From assembly GCA_045546915.1 (NCBI GenBank), contig JAZQDU010000008.1:34291-98290 (forward strand): a stretch of 64,000 bases of DNA, read 5' to 3'. The stretch comes from Acutalibacteraceae bacterium. GTDB lineage: Bacteria; Bacillota; Clostridia; Oscillospirales; Acutalibacteraceae. Below the pieces are notes generated by a model, which saw only the letters and a list, made by a program, of their open reading frames with translations, was not told the DNA's origin and did no database searches. This document shows, piece after piece, positions 8,158 to 17,362 of this stretch (position 1 is the first letter of the stretch; every line of letters begins with the position of its first letter). The position numbers and the translations under genes are program-made.

Positions 8158-8814
8158 ATGAAAAGAGTAACACTTTTTGCAGGTCATTATGGAAGTGGCA
8201 AGACCAATATTGCGGTAAATTACGCGTTGTGGCTTAAAAGTCAGGGTAAGGATGTTATGATTGCTGACCTTGATATTGTCAATCCGTATTTTCGCACTAA
8301 GGACAGCGCTAAGGAGTTGGCGGACGCGAATGTCGAACTTATTTCGCCGCAGTTTGCAAATTCCAACGTTGACCTACCTGCGCTTCCTGCTGAGACCTAT
8401 AAGATAATTCAAAACAAGCAAAAATTTGCCGTGCTTGATATAGGCGGTGACGACCGAGGGGCGTATGCTTTAGGTCGTTATGCACCTGCTATTTTGGAAG
8501 AAAACGATTATGAAATGGTTTTTGTTGCCAACTTTTCAAGACCTCTCACAAGAACGCCCCAAGAGGCATTAGAGGTTATGCGTGAGATAGAGCAGGCAGG
8601 AAAAATCAAGTTTACGGCTATTGTTAATAACTCCAATATTGGAGAATTAACGACCGCAAATGACGTTTTGCAAACTAACGAAAAAGCAAAGGCTTTAAGT
8701 GAACTGTCAAGGCTGCCCGTAATTATGACAACGGCAGAAAAAAGAATAGCCGATGAATTACAATTAAAAATGCAAAATGTTTTTGCACTTAATTTACAGA
8801 AAAAACTTTTTTAA
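8158..8814 (+). CDS. P-loop NTPase of the MinD/ParA/CooC-like (SIMIBI) type
   Basis: N-terminal Walker A GHYGSGKT, then ..IADLDIVNPY.. and ..VLDIGGDD... It starts 6 nt after the synthetase stop with no terminator, so it is co-transcribed. Confidence 0.7.
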   Translation: MKRVTLFAGHYGSGKTNIAVNYALWLKSQGKDVMIADLDIVNPYFRTKDSAKELADANVELISPQFANSNVDLPALPAETYKIIQNKQKFAVLDIGGDDRGAYALGRYAPAILEENDYEMVFVANFSRPLTRTPQEALEVMREIEQAGKIKFTAIVNNSNIGELTTANDVLQTNEKAKALSELSRLPVIMTTAEKRIADELQLKMQNVFALNLQKKLF

Positions 8815-8829
8815 AAAGGGGAAAAGAAT

Positions 8830-9036
8830 ATGGCAAAGGTAACGTTTGATACCGACATTTGCAAAGGCTGTGGACTTTGTGTTACGGCCTGTCCTAAGGG
8901 CATTGTTAGGCTTGCTACGGACAAAATCAATAAAAAAGGATATTCTCCTGCGGAAATTACCGATGAGTCGAAATGCATTGGTTGTGCTTTCTGTGCAACC
9001 ATGTGTCCCGATTGCGTAATTACCGTTGAGAAATGA
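8830..9036 (+). CDS. 2x[4Fe-4S] ferredoxin; delta subunit of 2-oxoacid:ferredoxin oxidoreductase
   Basis: 68 aa with two CxxCxxCxxxCP motifs (CKGCGLCVTACP, CIGCAFCATMCP). It immediately precedes the alpha subunit. Confidence 0.85.
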   Translation: MAKVTFDTDICKGCGLCVTACPKGIVRLATDKINKKGYSPAEITDESKCIGCAFCATMCPDCVITVEK

Positions 9037-9046
9037 GGTGTAAATA

Positions 9047-10108
9047 ATGGCAGAAAAAGTACTTATGAAAGGTAACGAGGCTATTGCAGAGGCCGCTATC
9101 AGAGCAGGTTGTATGCATTACTTTGGTTATCCTATTACTCCGCAGACCGAAATTGCGGCTTATATGGCTAAAAGAATGCCTAAAATCGGCGGTGTATTTC
9201 TTCAGGCCGAGAGCGAAGTTTCGGCTATTAATATGGTTTATGGCGTTGCAGGTACCGGATACCGTGTAATGACTTCTTCGTCAAGCCCCGGTATTTCGCT
9301 TAAAGGCGAGGGCATTTCATACCTTGCCGGTAGTGACCTCCCTGCACTTATCGTCAATGTTCAGCGTGGCGGCCCCGGTCTTGGTGGTATTCAGCCTTCA
9401 CAGTCTGACTATTTCCAGGCAACTCGTGGCGGTGGACACGGTGACTATCATATTCTTGTTCTTGCACCTGCATCGGTTCAAGAAATGGCAGATATGACCG
9501 CAAAGTGTTTTGACCTTGCCGATAAATACCGTATGCCTGCTATGATTTTGGCAGACGGTACAATGGGTCAGATGATGGAACCGGTTGAACTTCCTGAACC
9601 TACCGAATACAAAAAGGAAAAAGATTGGGCGGTAACCGGTACAAAATGTGAGCGTAAACACAATATTATAAACTCTCTTTATCTCCAACCTGATGAACTC
9701 GAAAGAACTAACTTCGAGCGTTTTGAGCGTTATAAGCAGATTGAAGAGAACGAGACCATGTACGAAGAGTTTATGATGGAGGATGCCGAGATTTGCGTTG
9801 CAGCGTTCGGCATTGCTGCACGTGTTTCTAAAAACGCTATTATAGCAGCAAGGGCAGAGGGTATTAAGGTTGGTATGATTCGCCCGATTACTCTTTGGCC
9901 GTTCCCGAAAAAGCCTTTCTTAGAGGCAGCCGACAAGGTTAAAGAATTTATCTCGGTTGAACTTTCAATGGGTCAGATGATTGAAGACGTTAAACTTGCC
10001 ACTGAGTGCAAAAAGCCCGTAACTCTTTGCAACCGTACCGGTGGTATGATTCCCGAACCCGAGCAGGTGCTCGAAGCAATCAGAAAAGCAGCAGGAGGTA
10101 ACAAGTAA
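9047..10108 (+). CDS. vorB: 2-oxoacid:ferredoxin oxidoreductase alpha subunit (VorB-like, 3-methyl-2-oxobutanoate dehydrogenase (ferredoxin) type)
   Basis: N-terminus VLMKGNEAIAEAAIRAGC..FGYPITPQTEI is typical of OFOR alpha subunits. GAGGTG RBS. Substrate class is inferred from the T-box context, not from sequence alone. Confidence 0.8.
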   Translation: MAEKVLMKGNEAIAEAAIRAGCMHYFGYPITPQTEIAAYMAKRMPKIGGVFLQAESEVSAINMVYGVAGTGYRVMTSSSSPGISLKGEGISYLAGSDLPALIVNVQRGGPGLGGIQPSQSDYFQATRGGGHGDYHILVLAPASVQEMADMTAKCFDLADKYRMPAMILADGTMGQMMEPVELPEPTEYKKEKDWAVTGTKCERKHNIINSLYLQPDELERTNFERFERYKQIEENETMYEEFMMEDAEICVAAFGIAARVSKNAIIAARAEGIKVGMIRPITLWPFPKKPFLEAADKVKEFISVELSMGQMIEDVKLATECKKPVTLCNRTGGMIPEPEQVLEAIRKAAGGNK

Positions 10109-10863
10109 TGGCAGTTGTATTCCAAAAACCTAAGTCTTTGACCGATGCACCGCTTCATTACTGTCCCGGTTGCACACACGGTATTATTCATCGACTTGTT
10201 GCCGAGGCTATTGATGAACTCGGTATTGAGGGCAAGACCATAGGTGTTGCTCCTGTTGGCTGTGCTGTTATGGCATATAACTATTTCGCTTGCGATATGG
10301 TAGAGGCTGCTCACGGACGTGCACCCGCGGTTGCAACAGGACTTAAAAGAGCGTTGCCTGAAAACATTATTTTCACCTATCAGGGTGATGGCGACTTGGC
10401 TTCTATCGGTATGGCTGAAACTGTTCATGCCGCAACAAGAAATGAAAATATCACCGTTATTTTCGTAAACAATGCAATTTATGGTATGACCGGTGGTCAG
10501 ATGGCACCGACTTCTTTGCCCGGTCAGGTAACACAGACCTCTCCTTACGGACGCGATGTTAACACTGTGGGTTACCCCATTCGTGTTTCCGAAATGCTCG
10601 CAACCTTGGAAGGCCCTGAGTTTATTCAGCGTGTTGCAGTCAACAATGTTAAAAACGTAATGTCTGCTAAAAAGGCAATTAAAAAGGCATTCCAGAATCA
10701 GGTTGAGGGCAAAGGCTTCTCGCTTATTGAGGTTGTTTCAACCTGTCCTACCAACTGGGGTATGACACCTGAAAAGGCACTTAAATGGGTTGATGATAAT
10801 ATGTTGCCTTACTATCCTCTTGGTGTGTATAAGGACAGAAGTGCCGCAAAGGAGGAAAAGTAA
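10108..10863 (+). CDS. 2-oxoacid:ferredoxin oxidoreductase beta subunit (TPP-binding)
   Basis: YCPGCTHG.., a GDGD motif and ..NNAIYGMTGGQ.. match the TPP/[4Fe-4S] beta subunit pattern. The start overlaps the alpha stop (TAATG). Confidence 0.85.
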   Translation: MAVVFQKPKSLTDAPLHYCPGCTHGIIHRLVAEAIDELGIEGKTIGVAPVGCAVMAYNYFACDMVEAAHGRAPAVATGLKRALPENIIFTYQGDGDLASIGMAETVHAATRNENITVIFVNNAIYGMTGGQMAPTSLPGQVTQTSPYGRDVNTVGYPIRVSEMLATLEGPEFIQRVAVNNVKNVMSAKKAIKKAFQNQVEGKGFSLIEVVSTCPTNWGMTPEKALKWVDDNMLPYYPLGVYKDRSAAKEEK

Positions 10864-11403
10864 ATGAGTACTGTTAATATGCTTATTGCCGGCTTTGGCG
10901 GACAGGGTGTTCTTTTCGCAGGCAAGTTTATTGCCTACAAAGGTCTTTTAGAAGGTAAGGAACTTTCTTGGCTTCCTTCTTACGGCCCTGAGATGCGTGG
11001 TGGTACTGCTAACTGCAGCGTTATTTTAAGTGATATCCCCGTAGGCTCACCCATCGTCTCAAAACCCGATGTGCTTATGGCAATGAACCTCCCGTCGCTT
11101 GATAAGTATGAAGATACCGTTGTTTCGGACGGATACATTTTTGTAGATTCAACGCTTATCGACCGAAAGGTAGTCCGTTCTGATGTTAAGGCTTTTTATA
11201 TTCCTGCAACCAGACTTGCAAAAGAAGCAGGTTTCCCCACACTTGCCAATATGATTATGGTTGGCAAAATTATAAAAGAAGCAGGCATTGTTTCGCATGA
11301 GGGACTTACCGATGCTCTTAAAAAGGTAGTTTCAGCCAAGCGCGCAGAACTACTTGACGTTAACCTTAAAGCCATCGAAATTGGTTACAACTACGAAGGT
11401 TAA
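10864..11403 (+). CDS. 2-oxoacid:ferredoxin oxidoreductase gamma subunit
   Basis: N-terminus ..IAGFGGQGVLFAGK.. and ..SYGPEMRGGTA.. are typical of gamma subunits. It starts 1 nt after the beta stop. Confidence 0.85.
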   Translation: MSTVNMLIAGFGGQGVLFAGKFIAYKGLLEGKELSWLPSYGPEMRGGTANCSVILSDIPVGSPIVSKPDVLMAMNLPSLDKYEDTVVSDGYIFVDSTLIDRKVVRSDVKAFYIPATRLAKEAGFPTLANMIMVGKIIKEAGIVSHEGLTDALKKVVSAKRAELLDVNLKAIEIGYNYEG

Positions 11404-11411
11404 TTTTTAAA

Positions 11412-11440
11412 ACGGAAGTGATTTTTCACTTCCGTTTTTT
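11412..11440 (+). terminator. Intrinsic terminator ending the oxidoreductase operon
   Basis: ACGGAAGTGA / TCACTTCCGT stem followed by TTTTTT. Confidence 0.85.
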
Positions 11441-11496
11441 GTATATAAAAATATTTTTTGCCAATAATAATATCACTACAACAAAGGAGGATATTT

Positions 11497-11679
11497 ATGG
11501 CACTCACATCAAAAGAACTTTCATGGATTGAAGACCAGATGAACCTTGAGCAACTCATGGTTAAAAAGTATGAGTCGCTTGAAAGTATGGCAACCGACGA
11601 AACGGTTCGTATGCGAATAAAGAATGCAACCGAACGTCATAAACAGCATTTTAACAAACTTATGGAACATTTGAACTGA
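11497..11679 (+). CDS. Small CotF-like spore coat protein partner
   Basis: AAAGGAGG precedes the ATG at 11497. 60 aa, helical, paired with the Coat_F-like gene downstream. The 11458 start in the ORF track is a non-ATG extension. Confidence 0.55.
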   Translation: MALTSKELSWIEDQMNLEQLMVKKYESLESMATDETVRMRIKNATERHKQHFNKLMEHLN

Positions 11680-11688
11680 GGTGAAAAT

Positions 11689-11952
11689 ATGCAGGAGAAA
11701 AAAATGCAGGACAAAGACATTATGGACGATATTTTGACCGCTGAAAAGCATGCAGCACTTAATTATTCGATGTTTGCGAATGAGTGCGCTACAGCCGGTA
11801 TTCGTAATGACGTAATGAACCTTATGAACGACCAGCATAAATTGCAGTCGGAAATTTTTGATTTTATGAGTACCCGCGGTTGGTATGCTCCCGAACAAGC
11901 CGAGACTCAAAAAATTCAAAAAGCCAAACAGAAGTTTATAAATTTACAGTAA
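11689..11952 (+). CDS. Spore coat protein F (Coat_F) family protein
   Basis: The DILTAEKHAALNYSMFANEC....FDFMSTRGWY pattern is typical of the Coat_F domain. Confidence 0.65.
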   Translation: MQEKKMQDKDIMDDILTAEKHAALNYSMFANECATAGIRNDVMNLMNDQHKLQSEIFDFMSTRGWYAPEQAETQKIQKAKQKFINLQ

Positions 11953-11953
11953 T

Positions 11954-11992
11954 AAAAAACCTTCACGAACAATAAATGTCGTGAAGGTTTTT
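11954..11992. terminator. Bidirectional intrinsic terminator
   Basis: AAAAAACCTTCACGA...TCGTGAAGGTTTTTG lies between convergent genes. Confidence 0.8.
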
Positions 11993-11994
11993 GC

Positions 11995-14073
11995 TTATAC
12001 TCTGAAAATTAAATCGCCATAAGAGGGAACAGGCCAGTATTCCTTGGCAGTAATTTTTTCGGCATTGTCAACTGCTGTACGAAGTTCGTCCATAATCGGG
12101 ATGATTTCGTCATGGAACATATCAGCTTGCTCTTTTCCGCAAAGTTTCGCTGCAAAAAGTGTTTTTTCTTCAAGTTCGTTCGATTTATCGTAAATAAAAT
12201 CATTTATAGTTGAAAGTTTACCTAAAATTGAGATTTCAGCCTTGCAAGCATTACCAAATTTGTTTTTTGCTTCAATAGCAGTAGCGAATTTGGTTGTATA
12301 TCTTACAATGGCGGGAATATAATCCTTACGAATCATATCAATAGCCGTCATGGCCTCAATGTTAATGGTTTTGGAGTAACTTTCAAGTTGTATTTCATAA
12401 CGTGAGCGAATTTCGGTCTCGCTGAAAACCTTGTGCTTTACAAAAACATCAATGTTTTTTGGCTCAATCATTTGAGGGAGTGCCTCTACGGTTGAAGCAA
12501 GGCTCAGAAGACCTCTCTTGGCGGCTTCGGCTTTCCATTCATCTGAATAACCGTTTCCGTTAAAAATAATGCGCTTGTGTTTTTTAACGGTGTCGCGTAC
12601 AAGTTCGTGGACTGCTTTTGTAAAGTCTTCTGCGTTTTCCAACACATCGGCAAACTCGCACAAAGCCTCAGCGACTATGGTGTTAAGTACTACATTGGGT
12701 TCGGCAACCGAGTCTGATGAGCCCAACATTCTAAACTCAAACTTGTTACCGGTAAAGGCGAAGGGTGATGTGCGGTTGCGGTCGGTGTTGTCTTTTGGGA
12801 AGGTTGGCAGAACGTCAACACCGAGTTTCATTTTAACTGCTTTTGCATCGGTGTAGTCAGAGCCGCTTTCAATAGACTCTAATATTGCCTGTAATTCGTC
12901 GCCTAAGAAAATAGATACAATAGCAGGCGGTGCTTCGCCTCCGCCCAAACGGTGGTCATTAGCAGCCGTTGCTACCGAGACTCTCATCATGCCCTGATAT
13001 TCGTCAACTGCCTTAATAACAGCGGCAAGGAAAAGCAAAAACTGTGCATTTTCAGACGGTGTTTTGCCGGGGTCGAGAAGATTAAGTTCTGTGTCGGTTG
13101 ACAAAGACCAGTTATTGTGTTTTCCGCTGCCGTTTACACCTTTAAAGGGTTTTTCATGTAAAAGGCAAACAAGACCGTGCTTTAAAGCGACCTTTTTGAG
13201 CATCTCCATGGTTAACTGGTTGTGGTCAACCGCTACATTGGCGGTGCCAAAAATCGGTGCCAATTCGTGCTGTGCGGGGGCTGCCTCATTGTGTTTGGTT
13301 TTGGCCATTACACCAAGTTTCCACAACTCTTTATCAAGGTCTTGCATAAAGGCAGAAATCCTGGGTTTTAACGCACCGAAATAGTGGTCATCAAGTTCCT
13401 GTCCTTTGGGAGCAGGTGCTCCAAAAAGTGTGCGGCCACAGTACATAAGGTCTTTTCTGCCGTCATAGTATTTTTTATCTACAAGAAAATATTCCTGCTC
13501 GGGACCTGCCGTTGTTATTACGCGGTTGGCAGTAGTGTTGCCAAAGAGACGTAAAATTCTTAAAGCCTGAGTTTCGAGTGCCGACATCGAACGAAGTAAA
13601 GGAGTCTTTTTATCCAAAGCGTCGCCGGTATATGAGCAAAAAGCAGTTGGAATACAAAGAGTGCCTTCTTTAACGAATGCGCACGAAGTCGGGTCCCATG
13701 CGGTGTATCCTCTGGCTTCGCAGGTGTCGCGAAGTCCGCCTGAAGGGAAAGAGGAAGCATCAGACTCGCCCTTAATTAATTCCTTGCCCGAAAACTCCAT
13801 TATAATATGTCCGTCTTCGCCGGGGGCAATAAAACTGTCGTGCTTTTCGGCAGTAATATTGGTCATAGGCTGGAACCAATGAGTGTAGTGTGTTGCACCT
13901 TTTTCAATGGCCCATTCCTTCATAACCGTGGCTATTGTGTTAGCAACGGTTTTGTCTAAAGGTTTGCCTTCATGAATGGTTTTTTTAAGAGCCTTGTATG
14001 CTTCGCTGGGCAATCTTTCTTTCATGACTGCCTCGCTAAAAACCTCACTTCCGAAAATTTCGGTGATTTTCAT
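11995..14073 (-). CDS. glnN: Glutamine synthetase, type III
   Basis: ~692 aa. N-terminus [14 protein letters not shown].. plus conserved GS catalytic-region strings (..[10 protein letters not shown].., ..[12 protein letters not shown]..). GGAGG lies 8 nt upstream of the ATG at 14073. Confidence 0.85.
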   Translation of the reverse strand: MKITEIFGSEVFSEAVMKERLPSEAYKALKKTIHEGKPLDKTVANTIATVMKEWAIEKGATHYTHWFQPMTNITAEKHDSFIAPGEDGHIIMEFSGKELIKGESDASSFPSGGLRDTCEARGYTAWDPTSCAFVKEGTLCIPTAFCSYTGDALDKKTPLLRSMSALETQALRILRLFGNTTANRVITTAGPEQEYFLVDKKYYDGRKDLMYCGRTLFGAPAPKGQELDDHYFGALKPRISAFMQDLDKELWKLGVMAKTKHNEAAPAQHELAPIFGTANVAVDHNQLTMEMLKKVALKHGLVCLLHEKPFKGVNGSGKHNNWSLSTDTELNLLDPGKTPSENAQFLLFLAAVIKAVDEYQGMMRVSVATAANDHRLGGGEAPPAIVSIFLGDELQAILESIESGSDYTDAKAVKMKLGVDVLPTFPKDNTDRNRTSPFAFTGNKFEFRMLGSSDSVAEPNVVLNTIVAEALCEFADVLENAEDFTKAVHELVRDTVKKHKRIIFNGNGYSDEWKAEAAKRGLLSLASTVEALPQMIEPKNIDVFVKHKVFSETEIRSRYEIQLESYSKTINIEAMTAIDMIRKDYIPAIVRYTTKFATAIEAKNKFGNACKAEISILGKLSTINDFIYDKSNELEEKTLFAAKLCGKEQADMFHDEIIPIMDELRTAVDNAEKITAKEYWPVPSYGDLIFRV

Positions 14074-14136
14074 TTTTTCAACCTCCAAAAGGTTTAGTAA
14101 AAAGGTTTTTGATACCTCAGATTATTTATGTTGCAA

Positions 14137-14164
14137 ATTATACCACTTATATCGGTTAAGTCAA
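14137..14164 (-). promoter_or_regulatory. Sigma-A type promoter for the glutamine synthetase gene (TTGACT-16-TGgTATAAT on the minus strand)
   Basis: On the plus strand, ATTATA at 14137-14142 and AGTCAA at 14159-14164. Confidence 0.6.
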
Positions 14165-14361
14165 CAACCGTTATACAAAAACTAATATAATTCGTCAAAA
14201 TACAATGTTTTTGTTAATTTGTTAACAAGTGACATAATTTTTTGCGGTTTGTAATGTAAAAATAGTACTCAAAGTTAATAAAATTAACTCAAAGCACTGT
14301 GCGAAATGAAGTGCTGACAATTAAATCTTTAAAATTTTAAGCAAAAATATGTTACTAACAT

Positions 14362-14393
14362 AAAAAAACACCCTGAGTTTTAAACTCAGGGTG
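14362..14393 (-). terminator. Intrinsic terminator
   Basis: CACCCTGAGT / ACTCAGGGTG stem with a T-run on the minus strand, just downstream of the stop at 14403. Confidence 0.8.
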
Positions 14394-14402
14394 TAGGTGG
14401 GT

Positions 14403-14684
14403 TTATTCGTCTTCGTCATCTTCGTCCGTCTGACTGGGAACCTCTTTATAAAGGTTAAAACGGAACAAAAGACTCTCGTCTTCGGGCTTAGAACAACGCA
14501 ACGTTGCCTCATGAATAACAGCGCCTTTTAAGATGTTGGCAATACCCATCATTTGGCAAAGTTTGGATTTTAGATTTAAAACGTCGCCTTCATTGGTTTC
14601 AAGGAAAACGTCGCCTTCGCATTTGTCCAAAGTTTGCATAAAATCGGCAATGTCAATATCGTGCATTACAATAAATTTTTGCAT
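14403..14684 (-). CDS. Small hypothetical protein with an acidic C-terminal tail
   Basis: GGAGAG RBS (14691-14696) precedes the ATG at 14684. 93 aa ending ..TDEDDEDE. No family recognised. Confidence 0.5.
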   Translation of the reverse strand: MQKFIVMHDIDIADFMQTLDKCEGDVFLETNEGDVLNLKSKLCQMMGIANILKGAVIHEATLRCSKPEDESLLFRFNLYKEVPSQTDEDDEDE

Positions 14685-14830
14685 TTTTAACTCTCCTAAA
14701 ATTATTAGTTTATCCAAGCACATTATAACATTAATTTTTTATAAGTCAAGTTTTATTGTTCACAGTTTGTTTGATTGACAGCGGGTTTTAAGAGGTGTAT
14801 AATTATTAAAACTAAAAAGGGAGTGATACG

Positions 14831-16429
14831 GTGAAAAACGCATTGAGATTAATAAGTTTATTGCTTGTCGGCGTTTGCTTGTTTTTAACAGTTTCTTGCA
14901 AAGGTAAAAAACAACCGACTTTTTTGCAACTGTCAGAAACGCCTTATGTCACCGTTACCCCGACCAGTGAGGTTGTAAAACGATATAATGATGAGTTTAC
15001 CGATACCTTTGTGCCGTCGGATGATTATGGCACACTTGTTCCCTTTGTAGGTGAGTTTTATCAGTATAAAAGCGATGAGCAATCGTCTGACATGACGATT
15101 TCGTTACCGGCATACGGTTTGTGTACGGTTGACGGTGCAATAGTAGTGGACCCCGTTTATGACGGCGTTATTACGCATACATTAAAGGGCGGGGTGCTAT
15201 ATGAACTGCTGATAGGCTCAGACGATGCATCATTGGCGCAGAAGCGTTTGCTTATTCCGTCAGATGGCCGTTGGGTAACCGAGTTGTCGGCTAATAATTC
15301 GGTTTCAAAGTTAAGTAGCGAGGATTTTTATATATTAGAACGCACAAGGACGGTAAGACGTAACAAGAAAAAGGAAAAACTTGTATATTACGATTTTTAT
15401 TCGTATGAATCAAAGTTTTTGTTTACCTTTGATAAAAAACTTACTTTCGCTGAAAACACTTCTTTTACGATAGGTGAGTTTGACGATTCGTTTGCACCGG
15501 TAAACGTTGCGGTTACAACCGAAACTACCGAAAAAGGGCCGGACGGTAAGAACGTCGTTAAAAAAGAGGTTGAAACCAAAGGGTATTTTATAAACAAAAA
15601 AGGCAAACAGGTTTTTAAAAACGAAGAGTTTTTAAAGGTTGAAGCGTTTTATAACGGACTTGCCGTAGTGTGCAATAAAGAAGGTCTTTACGGTGTTATT
15701 AAGTCTAACGGCAAGTACTTAATTAAGCCACAGTATAATATTATTAACCGTAATACAACCGAGGGGTACTTCGCTTGCGGTTTGGACAGTTATTTTCTTA
15801 TTCTTGATGCAAACGGCATTACTGTTTCTAAAATCCCGTGCGAAAATGCCGATATAGAGGTAATAGGTACTGAAAAGTTGATATATAAAAAGACGCTCAA
15901 ATACACAGGAAAGACCGAGTTTTTCTCGTGTGTTACGGGAGGTGCTTTTGTTTGTACCGAAACAGGTCAGTTTCCTGACCCTGATAGCGGTAAAAACGGT
16001 TTGTTTTCTTGTACATACAGCGGAGTTACCGATATATTTAAAAGTGATGGAAACTCTGTTGCACAGTTTAATGATTTCGGCAGGATTGCAGGTGTTTGGG
16101 GAGACATTGCGGTAATTGTCAGCAAAAACGGGTCTAAGACTGCCGTTCTTAATATAAAAAGCGGTGAAAAATCGGATTGGATTGATGCATCTTTTTCAGG
16201 ACAGGTTTTTAACGGTAAATATGTTGTGCTAAAATCCGAGCAAAATTATATGCTTTATAACGGGCTTTTAAATGAGTTTGAAACCCAAACAGCCGATTTT
16301 ATAACTACTTTTGAAACTTTTGATAATTCATATTTGAGTGTTACTGATGGCGGATTTGTCACATTGTTTATGTCGGATATGAGCATTTTAATGCGTTACC
16401 GTTACAAAACGGAGGTGGCAAGTCGATGA
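14831..16429 (+). CDS. WG-repeat (KWG-like) lipoprotein
   Basis: GTG start after GGGAG. Lipobox LTVSC. Repeated ..GL..V...G.YG.I...GK.LI.PQY.. WG-type units. Confidence 0.6.
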   Translation: MKNALRLISLLLVGVCLFLTVSCKGKKQPTFLQLSETPYVTVTPTSEVVKRYNDEFTDTFVPSDDYGTLVPFVGEFYQYKSDEQSSDMTISLPAYGLCTVDGAIVVDPVYDGVITHTLKGGVLYELLIGSDDASLAQKRLLIPSDGRWVTELSANNSVSKLSSEDFYILERTRTVRRNKKKEKLVYYDFYSYESKFLFTFDKKLTFAENTSFTIGEFDDSFAPVNVAVTTETTEKGPDGKNVVKKEVETKGYFINKKGKQVFKNEEFLKVEAFYNGLAVVCNKEGLYGVIKSNGKYLIKPQYNIINRNTTEGYFACGLDSYFLILDANGITVSKIPCENADIEVIGTEKLIYKKTLKYTGKTEFFSCVTGGAFVCTETGQFPDPDSGKNGLFSCTYSGVTDIFKSDGNSVAQFNDFGRIAGVWGDIAVIVSKNGSKTAVLNIKSGEKSDWIDASFSGQVFNGKYVVLKSEQNYMLYNGLLNEFETQTADFITTFETFDNSYLSVTDGGFVTLFMSDMSILMRYRYKTEVASR

Positions 16430-17325
16430 AAAAAATTATAGCAGTTATTTTGAGTGGGGTTTTTATTTTTGCCTTGTGCTCATGCAAAAATAAAGTTGAA
16501 AACGAAAGGTTCTCAGAGGGCAGTATAATTATTACTGCAGATAATTTGCCAAAAATTGCGGTAACCGAAGCCAACCTTAACATTGCCGTAAATCTTGTTT
16601 CGGCTGTGCTTGGGTGTGATGTGAAGGATGCCGAGAGTCTTGTTTTTGTTTGCAAAACTCCCGACGAGTGTTACAGAAAATTGGCGACCGGGGAAAGTGA
16701 AATAGTTATAGCACATGAGCCGTCGGGCAAAACACTTGAATTTTTAGCACAAGAGCAGGTGATCTTGCAAAGCAGCGTGATTGCAAACGACGCGTTGGTT
16801 TTTACGGTTAGTGCTCAAAATCCTGTTTCAAATCTTACTATTGAGCAAATTAAAGGCATATATAGTGGAGAGGTTACCGATTGGTCTTCTGTTTCGGGTA
16901 ACCAAGGCACTATAAAACCATTCATGCAAGGCGAAAATTCAGCAGCCGCCGATGCTTTTAACGGTTGCTTGAATGTTGACACAAGCAGTCTTGCAAAATT
17001 TTTTAAGAGTATAACAACCAAAGAAGGCACATTTTCGATTCCGCTTGAATTTGATAACGGAGAGTTTTCAATAGGTTACGCACTTTATTATGATATGTTG
17101 ACCCAATCGGCCGATAAAAACGGAAAACACAAATTGTTGTCGGTTGACGGCGTTTTGCCCGACGGTTCGACGGTTCAATCCGGTACATATCCGTTGTTAA
17201 CCGATATTGTGGTAGCAACAAACCAGAATAACGGCTCCACTGCAAAGTTGTTTTATGAATGGATTTTATCCGAACAGGGTATGAGGATTATTGCAAATTC
17301 CGGCGTTATATTAAATGTGAGATAG
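16426..17325 (+). CDS. PstS-family (PBP type 2) substrate-binding lipoprotein
   Basis: Lipobox ALCSC. ..IKGIYSGEVTDWSSVSG.. is the typical PstS-like signature. The start overlaps the upstream stop (ATGA). Confidence 0.6.
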   Translation: MKKIIAVILSGVFIFALCSCKNKVENERFSEGSIIITADNLPKIAVTEANLNIAVNLVSAVLGCDVKDAESLVFVCKTPDECYRKLATGESEIVIAHEPSGKTLEFLAQEQVILQSSVIANDALVFTVSAQNPVSNLTIEQIKGIYSGEVTDWSSVSGNQGTIKPFMQGENSAAADAFNGCLNVDTSSLAKFFKSITTKEGTFSIPLEFDNGEFSIGYALYYDMLTQSADKNGKHKLLSVDGVLPDGSTVQSGTYPLLTDIVVATNQNNGSTAKLFYEWILSEQGMRIIANSGVILNVR

Positions 17326-17327
17326 GG

Positions 17328-17356
17328 TTGACAAAGAAAAAAACAGATTATATAAT
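17328..17356 (+). promoter_or_regulatory. Sigma-A type promoter (TTGACA-17-TATAAT)
   Basis: TTGACA at 17328-17333 and TATAAT at 17351-17356. Confidence 0.75.
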
Positions 17357-17362
17357 GAATAA

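Noticed and set aside
11458-11496. Upstream non-ATG start for the small CotF-like gene
   Set aside because: AAAGGAGG sits 7 nt before the ATG at 11497. The extension overlaps the promoter and terminator region of the upstream operon.
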